Positions 24,408-35,298 of a DNA stretch of 64,000 nucleotides are shown piece by piece (the stretch's first letter is position 1; the number at the start of each line of letters is the position of its first letter). The stretch covers positions 71,922,001-71,986,000 of the forward strand of contig NW_024704743.1 in the NCBI RefSeq assembly GCF_018977255.1. The letters run 5' to 3'. Both the position numbers and the translations under genes were made by a program. The notes under the pieces are model-generated. The model worked only from the letters and a program-made list of their open reading frames with translations, did no database searches and was not told the origin of the DNA. The DNA is from Callorhinchus milii. Taxonomy: Eukaryota.

Positions 24408-25790
24408 CTGCAATTAAAACAGATTATTATTAACGTAAAACCAGTGTGGTTAAATGTATAAATTATTACATCATGTAAAAATAGATACATTTCTCTCAAG
24501 GTAATTTAATTTCTCAGTATCTAAATGGCCGGGGTTCAATGGCAATGTGGATCTCTAAAGGCTTCTGTTACTTTTTTTCCAAAAGAAAGACATGATGAAG
24601 AAAATCAACAAGATTTTGGGATTGATAGCTGTTAGGTATTATATATCTGGATGATTGGCACTGATTATCCTTTCCAGTGTGAAAAACCTATAAGATTTTG
24701 CAAACAGAATCAAGGAATATTGTACTAATGCAATGCTTTACGTTGTATTGCTGTAATATCACAGTAGGTCACTAGGTGGGACTGTAATCCCACTTTGAGA
24801 CACAAATGTACAGGGGGTGGAAATACCATAATTAGCACATTGCATCAACCCCACAAATGATGATATCACCCGTGCTAATTAGCATGTCAACTAATAATAT
24901 GGTCAAAAGGAATCAAAGGGCTTCATTGACAGGGGGATGGTGGGTGGGGTATTTAAAGGCCAGTGATTATTCATTCCTTTTGAAACAACAAATTATCTTT
25001 TTTAGTTGCCTTCATATAGGATAAAGATCTAAGAGCACTTCACAAGGATGGGGTTAGACAACAATAATAATTTGCACTCATGTGGGATATGGGGATAAGG
25101 CAGGGCAGGAGGATTGAATGAACACCTTGCTCTGAGAACCAGGGCAGATTTGATGGGCCGAATGGCCTCCTTCTGCACTCTGAATTTCTATGATCATATA
25201 TATATATATACAGATAGCTTTCACACAGGAGAATCTAAAGACCGATACATAGATGGAGTTAGAGCCCACACTGAATAGAAGGTAGGAGGTGGGATTTCAT
25301 AGGCAAGAGGTGGTCAAAGTGGTAATCAAAGAGATAAATCAACTACATTTTTAATAGATGTGAAATTACTGGTGTGGGTGGCTTCAGTGTGTGGGACTAA
25401 GGAAATAAAACAAATCAGGATTCCTCCTCTTGATCACTTAGCTACTAACGTACCCTAGAAAGTGTGAGTAAGGAAACTTGCCAATGGTTTCGCCCCACCC
25501 GGGAATCGAGGCGCGTCAGCTAACCACTACGCTACGGGACACACAATTATCTGATGGTTGTTATGCAATAGCTATTTTAAAAATTCTAACCGTACATTTA
25601 ACTATATCTTTCAAATTTGTATGTGACACATCGCTTGCTCTTATGTCAGATACAAGCCATAAAATGGTTGTCAAAATCCATCTTCTGTGTGTTTTGTTTT
25701 CTTGTGCTTTTAGTGACATGATCATAGATCACCAAGGCACATCCATAGAATGATTAAGATTTAACAGGGAAGCCACAAGTTAGCAACGTC

Positions 25791-26113
25791 GGAGTCCTGT
25801 AGCTCAGTGGTTAGAGCACTCGCTTTGCAAGCGAGAGACCTGAGTTCAATTCCAGGCAGAGGGCGAAATCTTGGGCAAGTTTCCTTACTCCACACACCTA
25901 ATAATAATCCCTCCAAAACCAAAAACAATAATAAATTGGTCATTTTCAATCTACGACTGTTTGTGGGACATTGCTGTGCGCAATTGGCTGCCGCGTTCGC
26001 CCACAAATATACAGTCAATTCACTTTACAGTGTGTTCTGTGAAGCGCTTTGGGACGTCCTCCCGACGTGAAAAGCACTATATCAAATGCAAGGATTATTA
26101 TTATTATTATTAT
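25791..26113 (+). mobile_element. Full-length young Deu-type SINE with a 6-bp TSD (AACGTC), in CMTM8 intron 2
   Basis: aacgtc at 25785-25790 and 26114-26119 flanks a near-consensus copy. Confidence 0.95.
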
Positions 26114-26498
26114 AACGTCAGATAAAGGGAGGATCTGGCTTGACTGTGAAGTTCTCCCATGGTTGGACAGTCTGACAACACGTGAAAAAGGCCACTTGAG
26201 TCACTGTAGTTTTACCCCAGTAGCAGTCAAGGCCTTCGGGAGAGGATGGAAGAAAACTGGAGTAAGACGAGGGGGATACTTTTATAAACTTCCGCAGAGG
26301 ATAGAGAAATGCCAACTGCAACACCCTGAATTTATATAATGCACTTCACATAATAGGATAACGTCTTGGAGTCAAAGATGCAGGTTTAGAGGCAGGACTT
26401 GAAAGAATCTAGAGAGAGAGACAGAGACAGAGGAGTGGGCAGAGTTCCAGAGGAGATGAGCCAGGTGTGAACTGTAATAAAATGTTAAGAGCACTCAC

Positions 26499-26672
26499 CA
26501 CTGTAGTCCAGGGCACCTGTGGTATCTTGGTGTAAGCCGCAGTGATGTAGAAGATCAAAAGGAAGACTGTAAGCACCCAGTAGAAAACTGCCACAAACAT
26601 TACCCAGCCAAAGGCGGAGACGGCAAAGTACTCAGTACCGGCTATTAACGCCCACACCAACAGGCCGAAAAC
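26499..26672 (-). CDS. CMTM8: CMTM8 coding exon 2 (VFGLLVWALIAGTEYFAVSAFGWVMFVAVFYWVLTVF...IPQVPWTTV)
   Basis: ctttgcag acceptor, gtgagt donor, 174 nt. Highly similar to the human CMTM8 exon 2 peptide. Confidence 0.97.
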
Positions 26673-27741
26673 CTGCAAAGAGTTAAAAAAAATATTTTCA
26701 GTTGCAATTTTCTGGAGTTTGTAGATTCCAGCACGGTGGAAGAAGACGGTGCATAATGTATATCCAAAGTATCCATGGGTCAGTGTTTGACGCATATCCA
26801 CTTACCTTTAAGTGCTTTGAGGCATCCTCTCCACATGAAAGGCACTATATGAATATAACTTGTGTTGTATTGTACCATTGATGAGATTAAATATTGGAGA
26901 ATCCCATTTGTGCCTCCTGCATTTTTTACCCTGTGATCTGAAGATGGGCAAAGAGGAACCAAGGAGGAGAGATTGACGCTGGGAGTTTGGGGCGCAGTGG
27001 CTGAAAGCACAGCGATCGATGGTGGATGTGCAGAAAGCCCGAGCTGGCTGAGCAATGGGGGCGAGTAAAGGAGAAATTTGGTAGGCAAGAAACAGGAGAA
27101 GAAACAAAAAAAAACCTAGCTAACCAAAAGTTGAAAAAGGTACATTAGCAGATCAGAAATTACAAAGTGCTACTTTAATCTTAGAAGTGCATTGATATAA
27201 ATAGCAATGTCCTATATTCAATTTTAACGTTGGTTAAGTTAACCTTGGATATCCAAATTATTTAATTTAAAAAACAAGGCTGCTGACAGCCCAAGGGTGT
27301 AACTGTACTGTAGCTGGATACTGCTGTTGTATACTGTCTGTTTCCAATAAAAGACCTTCCTGACAAATGACTGAGAACGTTGCCAAGTTTTTTTTTAAAA
27401 CATTTAGTTGAAGGAAATGAATCTTTGAACACTACCCCTTTAATTACAAGGTCTCCACTTTACATCTTGGAGAGACTTCCTGGAGAGAAAATGATCCAAC
27501 AAGTTTTTATTTACTGCTGAAGGCTTCCTCCATTGTCTGCATGGGTTAGAGTGACACTGTCGAGACAGATTCCAGCTGGTTTATGTTATTAACATGATAA
27601 TAATCATTGCATTTGATATGGGATATATTACACAGGAAGATGACTCAAAGGTATAGTATCTGTGCATTTTATAAGCAAACATGGCAGCCAATTTGCATAC
27701 ATCGATGTCCCACAAACAGCCATGAAGTGAATGACCAAAAT

Positions 27742-28055
27742 GCTTCACAGAATATACCGTAAAGTGAATTGACTGTGTATTTTGTGTTCAAAACACAGCA
27801 GGCAAATTCGCACAAGTGTCCCACAAAGTCGTAGATTCAGTGACCAAATTATTATTATTATAAACATTTTTTTAAGAGATTATTACCGCTGGAGAGTGAT
27901 TCGCTAATCGACTAACAACCAGGTTCCTACCTACTGCTAAGTAAACAGAGGCATGTGGAGTAAGGAAACTTGCCTAAGGTTTCGCCCCGCTGGTAATCAA
28001 ACCCATGTCCTCTCGCTTGTGAGGTGCGTGCTTTAACCAGTATACTACAGTACTC
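27742..28055 (-). mobile_element. Older Deu-type SINE subfamily copy
   Basis: Carries the subfamily-specific ...taggaacctggttgttagtcgatt... segment. Confidence 0.8.
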
Positions 28056-28784
28056 TGTCTACATAATGGAGACTAGTGAGCACTGGAGTGATGGGCATGC
28101 GAAGTTTGGTGTGAGTGAAAATGCAGGCGGTGAGTTTTGGATGAGCTGCAGCACAGAAAGCCTGTTCTTTTGTAAAATGGAGTTAAGCAAAGCTGAGTTT
28201 GTTATTGCTCAGTGTTGGATAATGTTGGATTTATTTGTTACTTTCGTGTTGTCAGCCAGGGAGTCTGACATGTGCAGAAACCTCATGAAGTGGTTAAGAG
28301 ACTCTAGTTTCTTTCTAGTTTGAGAAGTCATAAAAGCAGAGTTTCTCTTTGCCAGTTTTGGAGTGTGCAATTTCTCCCCAGAGGGAGACACACCTCAGTT
28401 GACTGTGCCAAGGTGTGGGTTGGCAGGGCAACTACAGTTAGTACTAAAAAGGTCATACAGAATCATGGAATCCTAGAGTTTACAGCACAGGGACGGTCTA
28501 TTTAACCTGTCAACACTGCACTGGCATTCCACTCCACACAAGCCAGCTAATTTATTCTGATCAAATCTGCTTCATTCACCCACCAGTTCTGGTTCTCCAT
28601 CAGGCCTCCTCCCCCTCTCCCCCTCCCCAGCGAAATAACACTGCTGCCTCTCATGCTACGCAATCGAATATCAGATTCCAGTCAACCGCCTCTGCTGGTC
28701 TCAGTAGTCCAGTGCCTCAACCAGGCATGTCTGATAATAGGCTGGCCTGGTCCAAGTCATTGGCAAGACTTGGATGGGCTGACG

Positions 28785-29112
28785 ATAATAATAATAATAA
28801 TAATCCTTGCATTTGTTATAGCGCTTTTCACGTCAGAAGGACGTCCCAAAGCGCTTCACAGAATATACTGTAAAGTGAATTGACCGTATATTTGCGGGCG
28901 AACGCGGCAGCCAATTGCGCACAGCAATGTCCCACAAACAGTTGTAGATTGAAAGTGACCAATTTATTATTGTTTTTGGTTTTGGAGGGATTATTATTAG
29001 GCACTGTGTGGAGTAAGGAAACTTGCCCAAGGTTTCGCCCTCTGCCTGGAATTGAACTCAGGTCTCTCGCTTGTAAAGCGAGTGCTCTAACCACTGAGCT
29101 ACAGGACTCCAC
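28785..29112 (-). mobile_element. Full-length young Deu-type SINE
   Basis: Family consensus. Confidence 0.93.
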
Positions 29113-29544
29113 ATGCTCCCCGCCCTCCCCTAAAAAAATGCTGGCAGAATATCACCCACCACCCCCCCCACCCATGTCTGCTTTTGTTGACTAAAGGAGC
29201 AAGCTGTAATGTGCCCATCCTCCCGACCCACCAATCACGCACACACAGCCCTTGTGATGATGTCCCCCCCCCTCCCAAAAGGCGAGATTAATGCTGATTT
29301 CTGAATGCTCTGCAGTGAAACTTTTTTTCCAGCGTTTTTCTAATTCTATCTCTACAAATCATTCCCCTCCTCCACTCCCCACCCCCCCGTGCCCCCCCCA
29401 CCACTACCACAGCCCCTCCCCCCCGCCAGAAATCTCCAGCATGGAGGAGCTCAATAAATAAAAGTGGAGCAGAAAGGAGGAGGGGGCGGTGCGGAATTAC
29501 ATTGTTTAAGACTTTGCCTGTCGGACGGGTGCGGGTGGGATTGG

Positions 29545-29922
29545 GGAAAACAAGCGATGGGACTGGAATTCTTTCCACTCGACTCCTGTTAACTCTGCAA
29601 ACTACAGCCCTAACGGGTATGATGGTCCCAGCTGAACAAGCAGAGAGAAGCTTGCCAGACAGTGCTCTCATTGGTTTTACCTGGATAAACTCCAATTATA
29701 CCTTAATGTACACTCTGGCCTTTGCAATGAACCTTGCCAACCTGTGACAGAATTATGTATGCAGTATACATTCCTCTAGGGATGGACTGCGCACTCCATT
29801 CCAGACTGGGAACTTTCCATGTGTAGGTTGTGTACATATGCAGATCTCTATGTCTGGTCTGGATAATCTTAAGCATAGTGATGGGTTCCACATGTGTTAG
29901 ATACCCAGCTGACAAAAAACAA
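29545..29922 (+). repeat. Unclassified interspersed repeat (family U; see findings)
   Basis: Shares ggtcc(c/t)agctg(a/g)acaagca..cttgccagacag and cattccattcc..ccatgtgtag..cttaagcat(a/g)gtgatggg blocks with the copies at 7228, 30380, 32430, 50170, 56985 and 60445. Confidence 0.75.
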
Positions 29923-30379
29923 AGTTTTGTCTGTACTGGTACTGTATGGGCTACATTCATCTCCCTCCACCCCACAGAATTACCTACACTAATCTTACTG
30001 TCCTACTCCCCTACCCATTAATATTTTTCTTCAAGTATTCATGCAATTTGTTTTTAGATCATGTTATAGACTCAACGATTATAATAATAAATAACAATCG
30101 TCGCATTTGATAGAGCGACTTATAATGTCATTGAAATGTCTCAAAGGGCTTCACAGCATATTCTGTAAAGTGGACTGACTGTATATTTATATTGTTTGAC
30201 TGTGGATTGTGTGAGGGTTACCCATGTATGAGTTGAATGTGAAACATAAAATAATTTTTTTAATTTTAAATGTTGTCCATTTTTCGGCTCTCTTGAAGTC
30301 ATTGCCTCACTGATGCTAGCAGAATAAGGTCCGAAGAGCAGCATTCTAACAATATAAAGTCTCTGGCTAGTCATAATTC

Positions 30380-30980
30380 GTAGGGTCTTTTTGGAACTGA
30401 ACTGGCTCCAACGTGATGCACTTGGCAACAGAATGTTTGACTCGAATCAACCCTCTAAGGCGGACTTGGTAGTCCAGTTCCTGAGCCAAGCAGATCTGCA
30501 GTTCACTGTTGATACCAGACTAGCAGTCTGGTTCATCGACAGTTCGTGGAGGGCAGAACGATTACTGAGGCAGGGATTCTTCCCATTCAGCTCCTGATAA
30601 CCCTGCATTCAAAATCCCTAAAGGATAAGTTGGTCCTAGCTGGACAAGCTGCAGGAAGTTTATCCCCTTTTTTTACGGTCAGCCGGGTGACACATGCGGA
30701 AACTATCACTATGCTTAAGAGCATCCAAACCAAGCTGAGAATGTCATGCATCCCACCTACACATGAAAACCTCAGAGATATTTGTTGGAATGGAATGCGC
30801 ACTCTCTCCCGAGAGGGACGCATTCTGATTATGTAATTCTGGAAAGTATTAGACACAGGTTGGCAAGAGCCAAGGTTTGGGAACCCCAGCATGTGTGTTG
30901 GGGTGCTGCTGGAGTCCAACCAACTAAAACCCCATAGCTTGCCATGGTTAACACTGTCTGACAAACTTTCCCACTGCCTG
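30380..30980. repeat. Family U repeat copy with its 3' half inverted
   Basis: 30380-30660 in + orientation, 30665-30980 in - orientation relative to the 60445 copy. Confidence 0.75.
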
Positions 30981-31044
30981 CTACCTCTGAGGTACTGAGT
31001 GCTCTAAGATAGGGGCTGTCTCACTAAAATGCATCTTTGCCTCT

Positions 31045-31498
31045 TTGCCTCAGGCGCCGACACCATCAGCATCCAAGGCTGCACTCTCCACCTCTATCGG
31101 TGGTCGGGCCTTCAGCCTCTCAGCCCCGAGGCTCTGGAACTCCATCCCCCAGTGCCTTCGCCGCCTCCTCCCTTTCCTCCTTCAAGGCCGGTCTCAAGAC
31201 CCTTCTCTTTGACCGTGCCTTCAGCTCCCCCCTCCCCCTCCCTCCCTCCCCCCTCACCTCACCCTGACCATTTCCCCCCTCCTCTCTCCCTCCCTTCCCT
31301 CACCCTGACCATTTCCCCCCCCCTCCCTCCCTTCCCTCCCCTCACCCTGACCATTTCCCCCCTCCTCGCTCCCTCCCTTCCCTCCCCTCACCCTGACCAT
31401 TTCCCCCCTGCTCGGGTTATGACCCAACTGTGCAGCGCCTTGGGACGTCCTCCCGAGGTGAAGGGCGCTCTATAAATGGAATCTTGTTGTTGTTGTTG
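31045..31498 (+). mobile_element. Internally deleted L2 with a 4x tandem amplification in its 3' UTR
   Basis: cctcaccctgaccatttccccc repeated 4 times (~31257-31407); ttgttg tail. Confidence 0.85.
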
Positions 31499-31817
31499 CC
31501 TCCAACCTTTTCACGCTTTCACCCATCGCTGGATGTATAATGTAAAAGACTAACCAAGAACTAACAACCTGTCAGGCATTAATCTGAAGTTTTGCTTTAT
31601 TATGTTTGCTTTTTCAGAAAAGATTTCTGCTTGTGATTAAAATGATTTTCCTTCAGGCATTAATGACACAATGTTGCCAGCCAGCACTGGGCGGTGCTTC
31701 ACAAGCCCAGACCTGTCACTTCACCACAAAGGCCAGCAGTTGACTGTATATCAGACCTGCAGAGCAGCTTCTCTCCAGCCTGTGGCATTAAATGCAAATG
31801 TAAAGTGGCGTCAGAAC

Positions 31818-32122
31818 ATAATAATAATAATAATCCTTGCATTTTGATATAGCGCCTTATCACAGTCTTCTCGACGGCTCAAAGCGCTTCATAGAATATG
31901 CTGTAAAGTGAATTGACTGTATAGTTGTGGGCGAACCGCGGCAGCCAATTGCGCACAGCAGTGTCCCACAAACAGGCGTGGATTGAAAATAACCAATTTA
32001 TTATTGTTTTGTTTGTTTTGGAGGGATTATTATTAGGCGTGTGGAGTAAGGAAACTTGCCCAAGATTTTGCCATGCCGGGAATCGAACCCAGGTCTCACG
32101 CTTGCGAGGCGAGTGCTCTAAC
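31818..32122 (-). mobile_element. Deu-type SINE
   Basis: Family consensus with the head slightly truncated. Confidence 0.88.
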
Positions 32123-32429
32123 AAGTCAGGTTTACACAGTCCATAAGATCCACAAGTTGGCAAACTTTAGCCATGTTTCTCTCATCTCATGACTATTTGG
32201 GACTCATGCTAAGGTACAGTTTGAGTGGTGCGCTGAGTATCCAGCCTAATGTGCCTGCCTTGTCCCTTGATAGCCCAGAGTCTCTGAGGTCAATAATGGC
32301 ACTTTCCAAGTCTTTCGCCGGAGATCAAATAACTCAGCCCAGACCAGGGATCAACTGACAGCCTACCATGTATGCATGACTTCACACAATACAAGTTACA
32401 ATTATATGACTTCATTGCATGCTATATTT

Positions 32430-33370
32430 GTTTTTGTTTGTGATCAGCCAAGATTCAGACACAAGCAGAAATCCATCACCATGCAAAAAAAGCAGCTGAA
32501 CCAGACTGAGTTCTACATACGTTTGCCACCTACATATGGAAATTTTCCTGTGTCTGGAATAGAGTGTACTCTCTCTCCTTGGAGGGACACACCCTGCTTA
32601 CCTAATACTGGAGAGAATTAAACACAATTTGCAGAAAGCCACCATTTGCAGAAGTCCTGAGAGTGTGCTGTGAGGTACTGCTGGAGTTCAAATAATAATA
32701 ATAATAATCCTTGCATTTGATATAGCGCCTTATTACGTCTTCTAGACGTCTCAAAGCGCTTCACAGAATTTACTGTAAAGTAAATTGTCTGTATATTTGT
32801 GAGCGAAACGCGACAGACAATTGCGCACAGCAGTGTCCCACAAACAGTCGTGGATTGAAGTGACCAATCTATTGTTTTTTTTCTTTGAGGGATTATTATC
32901 AGGCATGTGCAGTAAGGAAACTTGCCCAAGGTTTCACCCTGCCGGGAATCAAACCCAGGTGTTTCGCTTGTGAGACAAGTTCTCTCACCACTGAACTACA
33001 GGACACCAACTTCAACCAGCTAAAACTGCATAGCTTGCCATTACAAGAACGGTCTGGCAAGCTTCTCACTGCTTGTCCAACAAGGACCACCCGTGACTTG
33101 CAGGGTTAGCAGGAGTCAGTGGGAAGAATCCTAACCTCCAGTGACTGGTCTATCCCTCCAAGTCCTGTCAATGAGCCAGGTTGGCTAGTCTGTCATCAGC
33201 AGAACCTTGGAGTACTGCAGACCCACCTGGCTCAGGAACCAACCATCACAAAGCGTTGACTCAATTCCAATCAATAGTCCATTGCCAGACACATCACCTT
33301 GGAGCTACCTCGGCTCAAAAGAGACCCTACTTACCTTCAATTCCCTCTTCCCCAGATAATATCTGCTAGT
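32430..33370 (-). repeat. Family U repeat interrupted by a Deu-type SINE (32691-33004)
   Basis: U blocks on both sides of the SINE. Confidence 0.7.
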
Positions 33371-34711
33371 TGGCTAGATCATTTGATATTCAACAAGCAC
33401 TGGTTTGTGCCCTTATTAGATGAATAAACTTTCTGGTGAGCAACACAATCAGCCCAAAATATGTGAGAGCATCAACACCATCTCCATCCCACAGCTCGGA
33501 CACACATTCCAATCCACTGAGCAATGGCTTCACCAGTTGGAAATGCAAAGCTTCAGCATTCATCTCTAAATATTCATTTGTACGCAGAGAGGTTTATCTT
33601 ATTTCTCTGCATATCAATCAGGGAAGATAGCAGTTTACGTGACTTTTCATTTTGTCAAGTGTTACAACTGGTACATCAGAGGAATGATTGTTTCCAAATA
33701 ACATCCACGTGTATTTATTTATTTGAAACGGTAACTAACACAGAAGAGCAGTTTATACAATGTGATGCACTGCAGGGCTGCTACCCTAGGACGAGGATAC
33801 ATTCACACACCGGCTCTGATAAATTGCAAGCTGCCAAACGCAGCACCACACTCTTATCTGAAAGTTCTATTGAGTTTTGCCTACAAAAATACGCAGTCAA
33901 ACCTCTTTGCACTTTACAATATATTCTGTGAAGCGCATTGAGTCGTCTCAACGTCTTGATAAGGCGCTAAGTCAAATGCAAGGATTATTATTATTATTAT
34001 TTGTTAAACTGATTCCCTCCTGGTTCTTTCGGTGCCATTCTAAACAGAAAATCTTCATGATAATCACTGTGCCCTCTACATATTCCTTTGTCAACCAAAT
34101 TCACTCCAAAAATTCTGATTCATTGGCTCAGTTGGTCATTCGCTTTGTGGCAGTTTGTAGGACTTTGCTGTGCACAAATTGAGTGCCATATTTCCCTACA
34201 GATACACAGTCCCTACATATTATGGAAAACTGCTAAGTGCTTTTGAGGCATTTTGACATGTTAAGGTGCTAAATCAAATGTGTGGATTATTTAATCATTT
34301 TTGTTTGTAGGACATTGCTGATCAAATTGACTACCAGATTTGTCTCCATAGCAACTTTTGTTTTATTGTGAATTAATTTTAGTCTGTAAAGTGCTTTTGA
34401 GACATTTATTTAATGCGAAAGGGTTTTATAAATTTTGTTATTGTTATTCCCAATACGATTTCTGGAGAGGAAGCTAATGCTATGCTTATTCTGCAACACA
34501 GCTGGCTAAAGGCACGGGTCACCATGTGCCTTGGCCTGCTTATGGGTTGTTCTACTGTTAAAAGATCCACACAGTTCAGTGAGGTGAAATTCACAAAGCT
34601 GGTCTGTACAAGCAGGTTAGACGTAGCCCTTGTATTCATTACTTTACATCCTAATAGCTGACACGACTAGAGACTGTGTGAGGGATACTCAATTTATACA
34701 GACAATAAGAG

Positions 34712-35298
34712 AAGGGTGACCATATGTCTCCGATTTCTGGGGACAATCCCTGGATGGGGTATTGTGCACCTGGCCAAATTTGCCCCATCTTGAATTCAAC
34801 AACAAAGTGAGCAAGAACAATAAAATTCTAAAGCAGATAATAATAATAATAATCCTTGCATTTGATATAGCGCTTTTCACGTCGGGAGGACGTCCCAAAG
34901 CGCTTCACAGAATACACTGTAAAGTGAATTGACTGTATATTTGTGGGCGAACCCGGCAGCCAATTGCGCACAACAATGTCCCACAAACAGTCGTAGATTG
35001 AAAATGACCAATTTTATTATTGTTTTTGGTTTTGGAGGGATTATTATTATTATTATTAGGTGTGTGGAGTAAGGAAACTTGCCCAAGGTTTCGCTCTGCC
35101 TGGAATTGAACTCAGGTTTCTCACTTGCAAAGCGAGTGCTCTAACCACTGAGCTACAGGACTCCACTCATCAGAGAAACACAGCCATTAATTCAATAAAC
35201 TTCTCCAGTACTGCCAGCATCAGCAATTTTGGTGAGTTAAATTTTTATATATATATATATATGTTCCCGGATTTGGTTTACAAGATGTGGGCACCCTA
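34712..35298. mobile_element. hAT-Blackjack-like MITE with a nested young SINE (34838-35165, -)
   Basis: TIRs agggtgaccatat / atgtgggcaccct. Imperfect 8-bp TSD aataagag / atttagag. Confidence 0.65.

Noticed and set aside
25791..25865. tRNA genes (A and B boxes in many places)
   Set aside because: All are SINE heads continuing into the Deu core and tail. None forms a standalone tRNA with a terminator.
31257..31407. CRISPR-like repeat-spacer array
   Set aside because: Eukaryotic DNA; the spacers are related low-complexity C/T sequence inside an L2 3' UTR, and there are no cas genes.
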